Of a stretch of 64,000 nucleotides of DNA, positions 63,331 through 64,000 are shown piece after piece (the stretch's first letter is position 1; each line of letters starts with the position of its first letter). Location: assembly GCF_024521635.1 (NCBI RefSeq), contig NW_026250406.1, positions 1,302,001 to 1,366,000 of the forward strand. Direction: 5' to 3'. The notes beneath the pieces were generated by a model. It was not told the DNA's origin. It did not search any database and saw nothing but the letters and a program-made list of their open reading frames with translations. The DNA is from Tricharina praecox (Eukaryota). The position numbers and the translations under genes are program-made.

Positions 63331-63687
63331 TCAATCAGCCTCCTCCGAGTCCGTAACCCACTCCCAGTCCTCCTGGCCCCCTGCCCCCTCCTTCGATTCC
63401 GAGTCCGTACCCCACTCCCAGTCCTCCTGATCCACTCCGCCTCCCTGCTCGTCAATTCCCATCTCGTCGTCCTCCACGTCGTCCTCCACGTTCTCCCACT
63501 CGTCCTCCTCCTCCGTGTCAACCTCCAGCTGCTCGGTGGCGACGGTGACGGCGGTTGTGGTCGTGGCGGCGGTCATGGCGGCGGCTTTTTCCCTGACCGC
63601 AGAATTGACGGGGAGAAATTTACCCCATAAGGCTAAGTTCTGGAGGGTCTCCAGGTTCGCGGAGCGGATGATGGTAATGTCGCTCAT
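63331..63687 (-). CDS. small acidic protein, 118 aa, with repeated acidic-Trp motifs (paralog 2)
   Basis: Intact ORF MSDITII...EEDEWENVEDD...QEDWEW...QEDWEWV, inside a ~0.9 kb direct duplication (61671-62575 vs 63087-63955). Confidence 0.6.
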   Translation of the reverse strand: MSDITIIRSANLETLQNLALWGKFLPVNSAVREKAAAMTAATTTTAVTVATEQLEVDTEEEDEWENVEDDVEDDEMGIDEQGGGVDQEDWEWGTDSESKEGAGGQEDWEWVTDSEEAD

Positions 63688-64000
63688 AATGGTTGTCGCT
63701 GGGTGACTGGTGGTAGCGGGTTTCGTTTAGTGTTGTTTGCGACTTTCGTGTGGTGGTTTGTCGGGCGATTGGTGGTGTGGGGAGGAAGAGAGAAATGGGG
63801 AGAGAGAGAAACGGGGGGGGGAGAAGATATAACCCACCAGGTGCTTGGAACTCAATCGCAGTTGAGAGTCGTGATTGGGGCTTGTGGCTACAGTTGAGAT
63901 ATGCAAAGTCACTCGCATAGAGAGTGATTCCGTGTGAAGCGCCGCGTGAGAACCATGCAATCTGGATTCCACAGTTCTTGACGACATCTGTGATCATCAA

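Overview
Eukaryotic genomic DNA from a filamentous ascomycete, judged from short GT-AG introns with CTAAC/CTGAC branch points and fungal-type genes. The left end carries a conserved core gene, THO2 (1507-8447, 4 exons). From about 9.5 kb onward the window looks like a gene-sparse, duplication-rich accessory region. Spliced or intact genes I can support: an isochorismatase-family (biuret/guanylurea hydrolase-like) enzyme, a full-length Argonaute with an intact DEDD tetrad, a secreted Cys-containing effector-like protein, a coiled-coil hypothetical protein, a divergent DXO/Rai1-like protein, a BCS1-like AAA ATPase, a PTH11-like membrane protein, an amidohydrolase-3, a GGCT/AIG2-like protein, an Old Yellow Enzyme with an apparent GC-AG intron, two inverted copies of a 6-Cys secreted protein, and two tandem copies of an acidic protein. 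The most striking structure is a pair of ~2 kb degenerate inverted repeats (12526-14565 and 34495-36450), plus a second inverted pair (14571-15570 and 37897-38890). These bracket a ~19 kb block holding the Argonaute, the DXO-like gene, the secreted protein and the BCS1-like gene. I saw no transposase, target-site duplication, rRNA, tRNA or CRISPR array. Family calls come from motif recognition by eye, not database searches, and repeat boundaries are approximate.
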